A stretch of 44,878 nt of DNA, from the IMG/VR virus record IMGVR_UViG_3300048856_000034, positions 1-44,878 of that record. One strand, 5' to 3'. Below, in pieces: positions 1 to 7,874 of the stretch. The notes beneath the pieces were generated by a model, which was not told the origin of the DNA, made no database searches, and saw only the letters and a program-made list of their open reading frames with translations. The stretch is from a virus (lineage: Duplodnaviria; Caudoviricetes). The translations under genes and the position numbers were made by a program. Positions within the stretch are counted from its first letter, which is position 1, and every line of letters begins with the position of its first letter.

Positions 1-44
1 CGAGCCCCCTGTCGGATTCGAACCGACGACCTGCTGTTTACAAG
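1..44. repeat. att core, left copy (3' half of tRNA-Thr); may extend left of the window
   Basis: cgagccccctgtcggattcgaaccgacgacctgctgtttacaag is identical to 44670-44713. Confidence 0.96.
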
Positions 45-50
45 TTAGCG

Positions 51-153
51 GATTGGCTACACTGAGAGGGTGCCGGACGCCCTCTGACCTGCGGTTATAC
101 GGTCTGGTACGGTCTCGTTCGACCGAGTGGGATTGCTACAGACCTGGCTACAC
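51..153 (+). promoter_or_regulatory. Putative integrase arm-type sites
   Basis: GATTGGCTACAC 51-62, GATTGCTACA 131-140, TGGCTACAC 145-153; same motif in same orientation at 44577-44598 on the other attP arm. Confidence 0.65.
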
Positions 154-166
154 CGACGGAGGCGCA

Positions 167-1414
167 ATGCCGACCAAGACGAAGCGCCGCGGGTACGGCA
201 CCGGCAGCGTCTACCAGCGCGAGTCCGACGGCCGCTGGATCGGCGCCGCGCAGGCCGGGTGGACCGCCGCCGGCACCCGCCGCCGTGTCACGGTATCCGC
301 CACGACGGAGGCCGAGGCGAAGCGCAAGCTGCGCAAGAAGGTCGCCGAGATCGAGCTGAACGGCGCACCCGCCGCCGGGACCGGAACCGTCACCACGGTG
401 AAGTCCTGGGCCGACTCGTGGCTCCCCCGCCACGTCACCCGCGTCCGACCATCGACCGCCCGCACCGACACCGGCGCCGTCCGCAAGTGGATCATCCCCA
501 CCATCGGGACCCGGCGCCTCGACGCCCTCACCCCTGCCGACGTCCGCAAGGTCCGTGCCGCGATTACCGACGCCGGCCGCACGACGACGACCGCCCGCCA
601 CGCGCACTCCGTCCTGATGAAGATGCTCAAGGCCGCGATCCTCGAAGGCCACTCCGTCCCGCAGCGCGTCCTGCTCGTCGAGGTCCCGCCCCTCGCGAAG
701 AACGACCGCGACGCCATGCCCCTCGACGACGCGCTCGCCGTACTGCGCGCCGCCGCCGAGCGCCCGGACTCCGCCCGCTGGGTAGCCGCGCTGCTGCAGG
801 GCATGCGCCAGGGCGAGTGCCTGGGCCTCACGTGGGACCGCGTCGACCTCGATGCGAACGTGATCGACATCCCGTGGCAGCTCGACACCCTCCCCTACGC
901 CGACCGCGCCCGCGGCACGTTCCGGATCCCCGACGGGATGGACGTCCGCCACCTCGAGGGCGCGTGGCACCTCACCCCGGTGAAGTCCGCACACGGGCAG
1001 CGTCTCGTCCCGCTCGTGCCGTGGATGAGCGCCGCGCTGCGGCAGTGGCGCGAAGTCGCACCGCCATCCCCTCACGGCCTCGTGTGGCCGCGGCCCGACG
1101 GGAGACCGCGGGACGACAAGGAGGACCGGCAGGCGTGGTGGGCGCTGCAGGACGCCGCCGGGGTGAAGCACCCGGCCGGCCGCTGGTACACGCTGCACGA
1201 GGCCCGGCACACGACCGCGACGCTGCTGCTCGAGGCGGGCATCGACGGCAAGACCGCGCAGGCGATCATGGGGCACTCGTCGATCACGACGACCCGCGGC
1301 TACCAGCACGTGTCGCAGGTCCTCGCGCGCAAGGCCCTGGAGGACGTCGCCGCCCGGCTGAACCTCACGATGCCCGGCGGCGGCCCCGCGCTCGAACTGC
1401 CCGCAGCCGACTGA
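167..1414 (+). CDS. int: Tyrosine recombinase (phage integrase)
   Basis: GGAGG RBS before ATG167; N-terminal GSVYQR..GRW arm-binding motif; GMRQGECLGL, LHEARHT, MGHS, GYQH catalytic motifs. Confidence 0.97.
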   Translation: MPTKTKRRGYGTGSVYQRESDGRWIGAAQAGWTAAGTRRRVTVSATTEAEAKRKLRKKVAEIELNGAPAAGTGTVTTVKSWADSWLPRHVTRVRPSTARTDTGAVRKWIIPTIGTRRLDALTPADVRKVRAAITDAGRTTTTARHAHSVLMKMLKAAILEGHSVPQRVLLVEVPPLAKNDRDAMPLDDALAVLRAAAERPDSARWVAALLQGMRQGECLGLTWDRVDLDANVIDIPWQLDTLPYADRARGTFRIPDGMDVRHLEGAWHLTPVKSAHGQRLVPLVPWMSAALRQWREVAPPSPHGLVWPRPDGRPRDDKEDRQAWWALQDAAGVKHPAGRWYTLHEARHTTATLLLEAGIDGKTAQAIMGHSSITTTRGYQHVSQVLARKALEDVAARLNLTMPGGGPALELPAAD

Positions 1415-1595
1415 CGACGGCCGGAGCGTGCGCGGCCGCCGCGGGGTCGTCGACGAGTGCCGCGACGAGCCGGTAGTACCGGACTGGGCTCAGGGCGAGC
1501 GCGTCGCGGACGTGCTGCTCCTTTGTCGCCTGGTGCCGCCAGTACCGCGCCTCGATGGCGAGCACCGCGCGGTCCTGGTCCGTGAGCTGCGTCAC
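1365..1595 (-). CDS. DUF3263-like small protein
   Basis: LTDQDRAVLAIEARYW...KEQHVRDALALSPVRYYRLVAALVDDPAA...VSRLR matches the family pattern; GTG overlaps the ImmA stop. Confidence 0.85.
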   Translation of the reverse strand: MTQLTDQDRAVLAIEARYWRHQATKEQHVRDALALSPVRYYRLVAALVDDPAAAAHAPAVVSRLRAVRARGRRRAS

Positions 1596-1999
1596 GCGCT
1601 GGCCGCCCGCAGCCCGCGGACGACGCCGACGCGGCGGAGGTAGTCCGCGCGCCACAGGGCGATGTGGTGGGCCTGGACGTTGAGCTCGCGGGCGAGCGCG
1701 CCGTCGTGGCATCCGACGAGGCGCTCGGCGTCGGCGTAGGCGCGCGGGGTGATCAGCAACCGGGCGGCGTAGGTGTCGGCCTCGCGTTCGTCTCGGTCAC
1801 GGTCGTGCGCCTGGGTCCAGTCGTGGCCGTGGGCGTGGTGGCCGCACTCGTGCGCGAGCGTGAGCCGCTGCTGCGCGACCGGCCGGCGGTCGTTCACCAC
1901 CACCAGGCCGCTGCTGTGGATCTCGCCGTGCCGCCTCCCGAGGTTCCGGAACTGCACCCGCAGCCCGAGATCGGCTGCGTGCTGCAGCAGGTCCTCCAC
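1592..1999 (-). CDS. ImmA/IrrE-family zinc metallopeptidase (antirepressor)
   Basis: QRLTLAHECGH (HExxH) and EREADTYAARLLI; directly downstream of the repressor. Confidence 0.93.
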   Translation of the reverse strand: MEDLLQHAADLGLRVQFRNLGRRHGEIHSSGLVVVNDRRPVAQQRLTLAHECGHHAHGHDWTQAHDRDRDEREADTYAARLLITPRAYADAERLVGCHDGALARELNVQAHHIALWRADYLRRVGVVRGLRAASA

Positions 2000-2007
2000 G
2001 TTGCCCC

Positions 2008-2556
2008 CTACGGCGTCTCGCCCTCGCGCTCTTCGAACTCCCGGGTGACGTCGTCCCCCTCGAAGGCAGCCAGTGTGTAGTCGACGTCTGACACGTCACC
2101 CGTTCGGGCGTAGGGCGCCGGGCTCTCCCCGGCGGGGTTGATGGGGGCCGAGTCATGCTCGCCACCTGCTCTCTGGGCTCGTCGGGCTTCGTCCAGCTCG
2201 CGGTTCTGCTTCGCGAACTGGCGCACCACGTCGATGACGACGCGGCGCTGCTCGGCGGACAGGAGATCAGCGTCGGGCGGCAGTGCCGCGGCGAGCGGGC
2301 TCAGCGGCATCGGGAGGCCGGCGGCGTCGTAGACGCGTGCCAGCGGGATGCCGGAGAGCTCGGCCAGCGCCTCGAGGGTCACTGACTTGGGCCGGGAGGT
2401 GTAGGTGCCCGCGATGATCCTGTCGACCGTGGTGTACGACAGGGTCAGCCCGCGCCTCTTCGCCTCGCGGTCGAGGGCGCGTCCCTGCAGGCCGCCGGCA
2501 CGGCGAGAAGCCTCGATGGCCACCTCGCGGAGCGTCAGCGGTGCGTCGTCTGTCAT
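2008..2556 (-). CDS. Immunity repressor (HTH)
   Basis: HTH-like LSYTTVDRIIAGTYTSRPKSVTLEALA; divergent from Cro-like gene; upstream of ImmA; start ATG2556 chosen by context. Confidence 0.8.
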   Translation of the reverse strand: MTDDAPLTLREVAIEASRRAGGLQGRALDREAKRRGLTLSYTTVDRIIAGTYTSRPKSVTLEALAELSGIPLARVYDAAGLPMPLSPLAAALPPDADLLSAEQRRVVIDVVRQFAKQNRELDEARRAQRAGGEHDSAPINPAGESPAPYARTGDVSDVDYTLAAFEGDDVTREFEEREGETP

Positions 2557-2612
2557 GGCCCAAACCTTCCCGGCGGTGGTCTCACTGGTACCAGCGGCGA
2601 CAGCGAATCGCG

Positions 2613-2705
2613 TGACAAGTAACGCGCTGATTCTGCCTGATGACCAGCGTCTTTCCTCGGGATGCTTGACAAGTGGATGACACACGGAGCACGCTTCACT
2701 TGTCA
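2613..2705. promoter_or_regulatory. Lysis/lysogeny switch region: early promoter and three putative operators
   Basis: TGACAAGT at 2613-2620 and 2667-2674, inverted copy ACTTGTCA 2698-2705; TTGACA (2666-2671) followed 18 nt later by CACGCT (2690-2695). Confidence 0.65.
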
Positions 2706-2726
2706 GCACCAACGAACGGAGGCACG

Positions 2727-3041
2727 ATGTACGCACACGGACGACCCAAGGTCCGCAACATGAGGGAGGTGTTCATGCGCATCAAGGACCCGGAGACGAT
2801 CAAGGAGGCCCGGCTGTCCAAGGGCTACACGCAGCGGAACCTGGCCGACCTAAGCCGCTGCTCCCAGGCCGCGATCTGGCAGATCGAGAACGGGGTGCTC
2901 ACGAGCGTCTCGGAGGACCTCGCCCAGCAGCTGTGCAAGTGGCTCGGCCTCACGGAGCGGGCGCTGTTCATCCGCGGGGAGATCCGCACGCACGCAGTGA
3001 CAACCGGAGCACGCCGCACTCGTCAGTCGGCGGCGGCCTGA
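2727..3041 (+). CDS. Cro-like XRE HTH regulator
   Basis: IKEARLSKGYTQRNLADLSRCSQAAIWQIENG; GGAGG before ATG2727 (alternative ATG2775 also has an RBS). Confidence 0.88.
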   Translation: MYAHGRPKVRNMREVFMRIKDPETIKEARLSKGYTQRNLADLSRCSQAAIWQIENGVLTSVSEDLAQQLCKWLGLTERALFIRGEIRTHAVTTGARRTRQSAAA

Positions 3042-3370
3042 TGTCCGCCGCGGTGCAGGACGTCCTCGACGTCGTCGTGGAGGACCACCGGCCCTCTCGC
3101 GTCGACACCCGTGAGGCGATCCGGCAGGCCGTGCTCAAGGCCGCAGCGGACCGGCGCGGGCTGGTGCACATCGCCGCCGTCCGCCGGCACCTGCCGTCGT
3201 GGGTGTCGGTCGAGCAGATCGGTGCCGTCACGAACCGGCTGGTGCGCCGCGGCTACCTCATCCCGACCGGCCGCTACGAGCCCAACGGCGACCGGCACGC
3301 CCGGAACGCCTCGAAGCCCGCCGCCGTCCGGCGGCTCGTCCGCCCGATCCCACCGGAGGCACTGCGCTGA
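3041..3370 (+). CDS. Hypothetical phage protein (possible winged helix)
   Basis: TGATG coupling at both ends; GC-rich coding pattern. Confidence 0.7.
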   Translation: MSAAVQDVLDVVVEDHRPSRVDTREAIRQAVLKAAADRRGLVHIAAVRRHLPSWVSVEQIGAVTNRLVRRGYLIPTGRYEPNGDRHARNASKPAAVRRLVRPIPPEALR

Positions 3371-3558
3371 TGACCCCGACCCTGGCCGCCCCGCTGGCCT
3401 ACACCCGCGACGAGGCCGCGCAGATGCTCCGGACCTCGAAGGACCAGATCGACAAGGCGATCCACTCCGGCCGCCTCAAGGCGAAGCAGCAGGGCCGCCG
3501 GATCGTCATCCCGGCCCGGGCGCTCGAGGAGTACCTCGACGACCTGCCCGACGCCTGA
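3370..3558 (+). CDS. Excisionase-family HTH DNA-binding protein
   Basis: AYTRDEAAQMLRTSKDQIDKAIHSGRLKAKQQGRRIVIPARALEEYL is typical of HTH_17/Xis proteins. Confidence 0.88.
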   Translation: MTPTLAAPLAYTRDEAAQMLRTSKDQIDKAIHSGRLKAKQQGRRIVIPARALEEYLDDLPDA

Positions 3559-3577
3559 CCCCCACCCCACGCACGAC

Positions 3578-3611
3578 GAAGCCCGGCCCCCATCCACGAG
3601 AACCGGGCTTC
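3578..3611 (+). terminator. Hairpin after xis (possible early terminator)
   Basis: GAAGCCCGG 3578-3586 pairs with CCGGGCTTC 3603-3611. Confidence 0.5.
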
Positions 3612-3636
3612 CCCGAACAACGAGAGGCAGTCTGCC

Positions 3637-3930
3637 ATGGACGTCCAGTCCGACATCCGCCACCACGAGCGCCAGCCCGGCGCCGGAGGCCACCTGACCC
3701 GCGCCCGGTCCCGCGCCGGCGTGGCCGCGTCGAAGGTCGCCGACCGCATCTGGGGCCCGGCGATCGACCGGCACCTGCACGACGCCGACCGGAACGGCTT
3801 CACCGGCCGCGACTACGCCGAGGCCGCCGAGCGCGTCGCGCTCCGCGAGGACGCCGCCCGCCGCGACCCGCTGGTCGTGCTCGCCCTCGCCACCGGCACC
3901 CTCACCGTCGACGGACGGGCGGTCGCCTGA
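3637..3930 (+). CDS. Hypothetical protein
   Basis: GAGG RBS; coupled to next gene. Confidence 0.65.
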   Translation: MDVQSDIRHHERQPGAGGHLTRARSRAGVAASKVADRIWGPAIDRHLHDADRNGFTGRDYAEAAERVALREDAARRDPLVVLALATGTLTVDGRAVA

Positions 3931-4220
3931 TGACCGCCGAGCAGCCCGTCGAGCACTACCCCGCGCAGGTCGGCTCGACCATGAGCGCCGAGTACAACGG
4001 TCTCTTCATCACCTGCTCGTGCCAGGCTGACCGGTTCGGCGAGGGCCCCCGGATCCCGGTCCGGGAGTACCCGGACCACGTGCTGGGAGCGCTCCGCGAA
4101 CTGATCAAGCCGGCGGCTGACCTGATCCGGGAGTACGTCGAGACCGGCGGTCAGGCCCACGAGGTCATCCGCGCGCACCGCGCTCTCGCAACGGCCCTCG
4201 GAGAGGCGGCGGGAGCATGA
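3930..4220 (+). CDS. Hypothetical protein
   Basis: TGATG/ATGA coupling; MTAEQPVEHY... Confidence 0.7.
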   Translation: MTAEQPVEHYPAQVGSTMSAEYNGLFITCSCQADRFGEGPRIPVREYPDHVLGALRELIKPAADLIREYVETGGQAHEVIRAHRALATALGEAAGA

Positions 4221-4516
4221 CCGCCCTCGACGCCCCGCCGGCGCCGATCGACCACGTGACGGGCGTCGCGACCCTCGCGTCCCTCGACGTCCGCACCGCC
4301 GACCAGTGGTGCGTGTGCATCTGCACCGACGACCAGCACCGCTACCTCGTGGTCGACGACGTCTTCGTCGACGGCCGCTACGTCGAGCGGGAGTGCTGGC
4401 GCACTAGCCGCGCGGACGCGGAGCGCGACCTGCAGTTCGTCCTCCCCGAGCACGCACACATCGTCATCCGCCCGTCGCGCGTGGTGACCGCACCCGTGGA
4501 GGTCGACGAGCCGTGA
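4217..4516 (+). CDS. Hypothetical protein
   Basis: ATGA overlap with RBS. Confidence 0.7.
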   Translation: MTALDAPPAPIDHVTGVATLASLDVRTADQWCVCICTDDQHRYLVVDDVFVDGRYVERECWRTSRADAERDLQFVLPEHAHIVIRPSRVVTAPVEVDEP

Positions 4517-4803
4517 GCACCGGGACCCAGCAGCTCCTCAACACCTGCGACCCCGACGCGTTCGGGCATGTCCACCCCGACGGCCTGTTCTGCGGCGACT
4601 GCTCGCTCGTGAACGCCAGGTACCTCGCCGAGCACGTCCCCGGCGTGGCGCCGGACCGCGCGCACTACACGGTCGCCGAGATCGAGGCGGCGCTCGACGC
4701 CGCGGAGGCCGAGCTCGCCGACGACATGGCGGCGAACGCCGAGCCCTACGACTTCGCCGACCCCTACGAGCGCCAGGACAACGGCTGGGAGGACGAGCGA
4801 TGA
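4513..4803 (+). CDS. Hypothetical protein (Cys/His, acidic)
   Basis: GTGA overlap with GGAGG RBS. Confidence 0.7.
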   Translation: MSTGTQQLLNTCDPDAFGHVHPDGLFCGDCSLVNARYLAEHVPGVAPDRAHYTVAEIEAALDAAEAELADDMAANAEPYDFADPYERQDNGWEDER

Positions 4804-5825
4804 CCGCCATCGCCGAGCGGGTGCTGTTCCACACCGGCTCCGCCGAGCTCGTCCTGCCCGACGGCGTCGACCGCGAGCCCTGGCTCGCCGCCCGGCGCAC
4901 CGGGCTCGGCGGGTCCGACATCGCGGGCCTCCTGGGGATGTCCCGCTGGTCGTCCCCGTACCAGGTGTGGCTGGACAAGACCGGCCGCACCGCCGAGGAG
5001 GACGACACCTGGCCGATGTTCCGCGGCCGCGAGGACGAGACGAAGCTCCGCCGCTGGTTCACCCGGCAGACGGGCATCGAGGTCAAGGCGACCGGCATGT
5101 GGCGGTCGATCGCGCACCCGCTCGCGTTCGCCAACCCCGACGGCCTGACCGCCGACGACGGGCTCCTCGAGTGCAAGTCGCACTCCTGGCGGATGGGCGA
5201 GGAGTGGGACGAGGAGCAGGTGTCCGACGCTGCCGAGCTGCAGACGCAGTGGTACCTCGGCGTCCTCGACTTGAGCCACGCGTGGGTGATCGCGCAGATC
5301 GGCGACGACGAGCCGGTGATCCGCCGGGTCGAGCGTGACCGGCTGCTGTTCGACCACCTCGTCCGCACGGCCGACCGGTTCTGGCGCGACCACGTCGTCA
5401 ACGACCTGGCGCCCGCGCTGGCGTCGGTCGACCTCGACGTCGTGAAGGACCGGTACCGCACCGTCGAGGTCGCCGGCGTCGAGGCGAAGGACCCCGGCAC
5501 GATCCGGGCGCTGCTCGCCGAGCGCGCCGAGGGCAAGGCCCGCGAGAGTGCCGGCGCCGCCCAGGCCGCCGCCGCCGAGGCGCAGCTGCGCGAGCACCTC
5601 GGTCACGCCGAGGCGATCACCGTCGCCGGCACCCCGCTCCTCACGGCCCGCCCGAACGGCACGTTCGCGTCCTCCCGGTTCGCCGCCGCGCACCCCGACG
5701 TCGCCGCCGAGTGCACCACCCAGCAGCCCGTCCTCGACGTGGACCTGCTCAAGACGAAGCACCCCGACCTCTACACGGCGTTCCGTGCGCGCGTCCTGCG
5801 CCCCGTCGCCACGAAGGAGAAGTGA
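4800..5825 (+). CDS. YqaJ-type phage recombination exonuclease
   Basis: WLAARRTGLGGSD, SPYQVWLDKTG, ANPDG, LLECK, QTQWYL; precedes recT. Confidence 0.93.
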   Translation: MTAIAERVLFHTGSAELVLPDGVDREPWLAARRTGLGGSDIAGLLGMSRWSSPYQVWLDKTGRTAEEDDTWPMFRGREDETKLRRWFTRQTGIEVKATGMWRSIAHPLAFANPDGLTADDGLLECKSHSWRMGEEWDEEQVSDAAELQTQWYLGVLDLSHAWVIAQIGDDEPVIRRVERDRLLFDHLVRTADRFWRDHVVNDLAPALASVDLDVVKDRYRTVEVAGVEAKDPGTIRALLAERAEGKARESAGAAQAAAAEAQLREHLGHAEAITVAGTPLLTARPNGTFASSRFAAAHPDVAAECTTQQPVLDVDLLKTKHPDLYTAFRARVLRPVATKEK

Positions 5826-5830
5826 CCCCG

Positions 5831-6691
5831 ATGGGACGCGACCTCACCCAGCGCGTGCAGCAGCAGGCGCAGGTCCAGACCGGCAGCGACCAGACGCCCC
5901 GGACGATCGCCTCGATGCTCAACCAGATGGTGCCCGAGATCCAGCGGGCCCTGCCGAAGCACATGGACGGTGACCGCATCGCTCGCCTCGCGATGACCGT
6001 CCTGCGCAAGGACCCGAACCTCGCGCAGTGCTCCCCCGAGTCGTTCATGGGCGCCCTGCTCACCGCCGCGCAGCTGGGCCTCGAGCCCGGTGCGTCCGGC
6101 GAGGCGTACCTCGTCGCGTACAAGCGCGAGTGCACCCTGATCATCGGCTACCAGGGCTACGCGAAGCTGTTCTGGCAGCACCCGCTCGCGAAGCACCTCG
6201 ATGCCCAGGCCGTGTACGAGCGCGACGAGTTCGACTACGAGTACGGGCTCACCCCGTTCCTGCGGCACAAGCCGGCGATGGGCGACCGCGGCGACGTCAT
6301 CGCCTACTACGCGGTCGCGACCCTCACCTCCGGCGCTTCGGCGTTCGTCGTCCTGTCCCCCGTCGACGTCCGGCGGCTCCGGGGCGGGAAGTCCGGCAGC
6401 AACGGCGGCATCGCCGACCCGATGCACTGGATGGAGAAGAAGACCGCCGTCCGGCAGCTCGTGAAGCTCCTGCCGAAGTCGACCGAGCTCGCCCGCGCCG
6501 AGGACTGGGACGAGAAGGTCCGCACCGACCTCCGCGAGGACGCGATCGACGCGCCGCCCGCCGACAACCCGCGCGTCATCGAGCAGACCGCAGCCGGCGC
6601 CGTCGACACGGCCACCGGCGAGCTGCAGGACCCGCCCGCCGACCTCGGCGCGGACTGGCCCGACGTGCAGCAGCCGGGCGGTGCCCGGTGA
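5831..6691 (+). CDS. recT: RecT-family single-strand annealing protein
   Basis: CSPESFMGALLTAAQLGLEP, AYLVAY, IIGYQG, MEKKTAVRQLVKLLPKS. Confidence 0.95.
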   Translation: MGRDLTQRVQQQAQVQTGSDQTPRTIASMLNQMVPEIQRALPKHMDGDRIARLAMTVLRKDPNLAQCSPESFMGALLTAAQLGLEPGASGEAYLVAYKRECTLIIGYQGYAKLFWQHPLAKHLDAQAVYERDEFDYEYGLTPFLRHKPAMGDRGDVIAYYAVATLTSGASAFVVLSPVDVRRLRGGKSGSNGGIADPMHWMEKKTAVRQLVKLLPKSTELARAEDWDEKVRTDLREDAIDAPPADNPRVIEQTAAGAVDTATGELQDPPADLGADWPDVQQPGGAR

Positions 6692-7188
6692 GCGCGACGT
6701 ACAGCAAGCAGCGCATCCCCGCGTACTCGTGGGACGGCGACGTCGTGGCCGAGCTGGAGATCATCGCGGACGTCGACGCAATCGGCGGCTACGAGTGGGA
6801 CCGCTTCGCCGTCTACCGCGACCCCGCCACCGGCCTCCTCTACACCGCAGAGGGCTCGGGCTGCTCCTGCAACTCGCTCGAGGAGGACTGGCGCACGCTG
6901 GCCGACCTCGGGGAGCCGCTCGACCTCCACCAGGCCGCCGAGAAGGCGAAGGCGTGGGAGCGCGCCGAGGGCGACGACTCCTGGAACCGGGACCGCCGCC
7001 AGGGCCTCGGCGCTCGGGTTGTCGATGCGCTGCTCGCGATGGAGCGCGCGACGGAGGCCGAGCCCCCGGGCGACCGCTGCCCCCGCTGCGGCGCCGCCGC
7101 CACCTCGACCCAGTCGTCCGCGCCCGGCGCCGGCGACATCACCCACCCCGCGTGCAGCGAGGGCTGCGGATGGGAGGGCCACCCGTGA
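6688..7188 (+). CDS. Hypothetical phage protein (SGCSC motif)
   Basis: GTGA overlap; GYEW..AEGSGCSCNS. Confidence 0.75.
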   Translation: MSATYSKQRIPAYSWDGDVVAELEIIADVDAIGGYEWDRFAVYRDPATGLLYTAEGSGCSCNSLEEDWRTLADLGEPLDLHQAAEKAKAWERAEGDDSWNRDRRQGLGARVVDALLAMERATEAEPPGDRCPRCGAAATSTQSSAPGAGDITHPACSEGCGWEGHP

Positions 7189-7358
7189 CCGACGACGCCC
7201 CGCTCGGCTACCGCCGCTCCGTGTCCGGCGAGGTCGGCACCGGCCCGGAGCACGACGGGCCCGCCGGCGAGCACGGCCCTGGCGAGGACCTCCGCCGCGC
7301 GCACGACGAGCACCCGTGCCGCTGCGCACACCACCGCGAGAAGGGAGACGACCGATGA
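7185..7358 (+). CDS. Small hypothetical protein
   Basis: GTGA/ATGA coupling; GGAGG RBS. Confidence 0.55.
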   Translation: MTDDAPLGYRRSVSGEVGTGPEHDGPAGEHGPGEDLRRAHDEHPCRCAHHREKGDDR

Positions 7359-7747
7359 CCACCCTCACCGACTGGCTCGACCAGGCCCAGGCCCGCGTCG
7401 ACGCCGCCACCGACGGTCCGTGGGAGCTCGACCAGTTCGGCCCCGACGAGGTGGAGGACGGGCCGTTCCACTTCATCGGCTCGCCGTCCGACCGGCACGT
7501 GGTCACCCCGACGGTGCACATGGTGTCGGCCGACGCCGCGTTCATCGCCGCGGCCCGCACGGACCTCCCCGCCGCGATCGCCGCGCTCCAGGCGGTGCTC
7601 GCCATCCACGCTGCGTCGACCGAGCACCTGCGCGGCTCCGCGGCGTACTGCGTCGGCTGCTACGAGGCCGGCGGTGAGGACGGCCAGATCCTCTGGCCCT
7701 GCCCGACGGTCCGCGCCATCTCCGTGTCGGTGGGCGAGGCCCCGTGA
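7355..7747 (+). CDS. Hypothetical protein (Ead/Ea22-like motifs)
   Basis: AATDGPW...DAAFIAAARTDLP; C-terminal WPCPT. Confidence 0.75.
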   Translation: MTTLTDWLDQAQARVDAATDGPWELDQFGPDEVEDGPFHFIGSPSDRHVVTPTVHMVSADAAFIAAARTDLPAAIAALQAVLAIHAASTEHLRGSAAYCVGCYEAGGEDGQILWPCPTVRAISVSVGEAP

Positions 7748-7874
7748 CCGCCCCCGAGTACCCGACCTGGCACCGCGCGTTCTACGCCGACGCCCTCCCG
7801 CCCGCACCGCCCAGCCGCACCACCCGCGCCTGGCGACGACTCCGCGCACTCCTGCGCACGACGAGGACCACCCG

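Noticed and set aside
1-44. Second functional tRNA-Thr at the left end
   Set aside because: Only the 3' half is present; sequence diverges after position 44, so the D arm and 5' acceptor strand are missing
53-166. Extended integrase N-terminus from the ORF track
   Set aside because: GGAGG-ATG167 is a better start and the upstream region holds attP arm repeats
1-2556. BPs-type integration-dependent immunity (attP inside the repressor gene)
   Set aside because: The att core lies upstream of int, about 2 kb from the repressor, and truncates no gene that I can see
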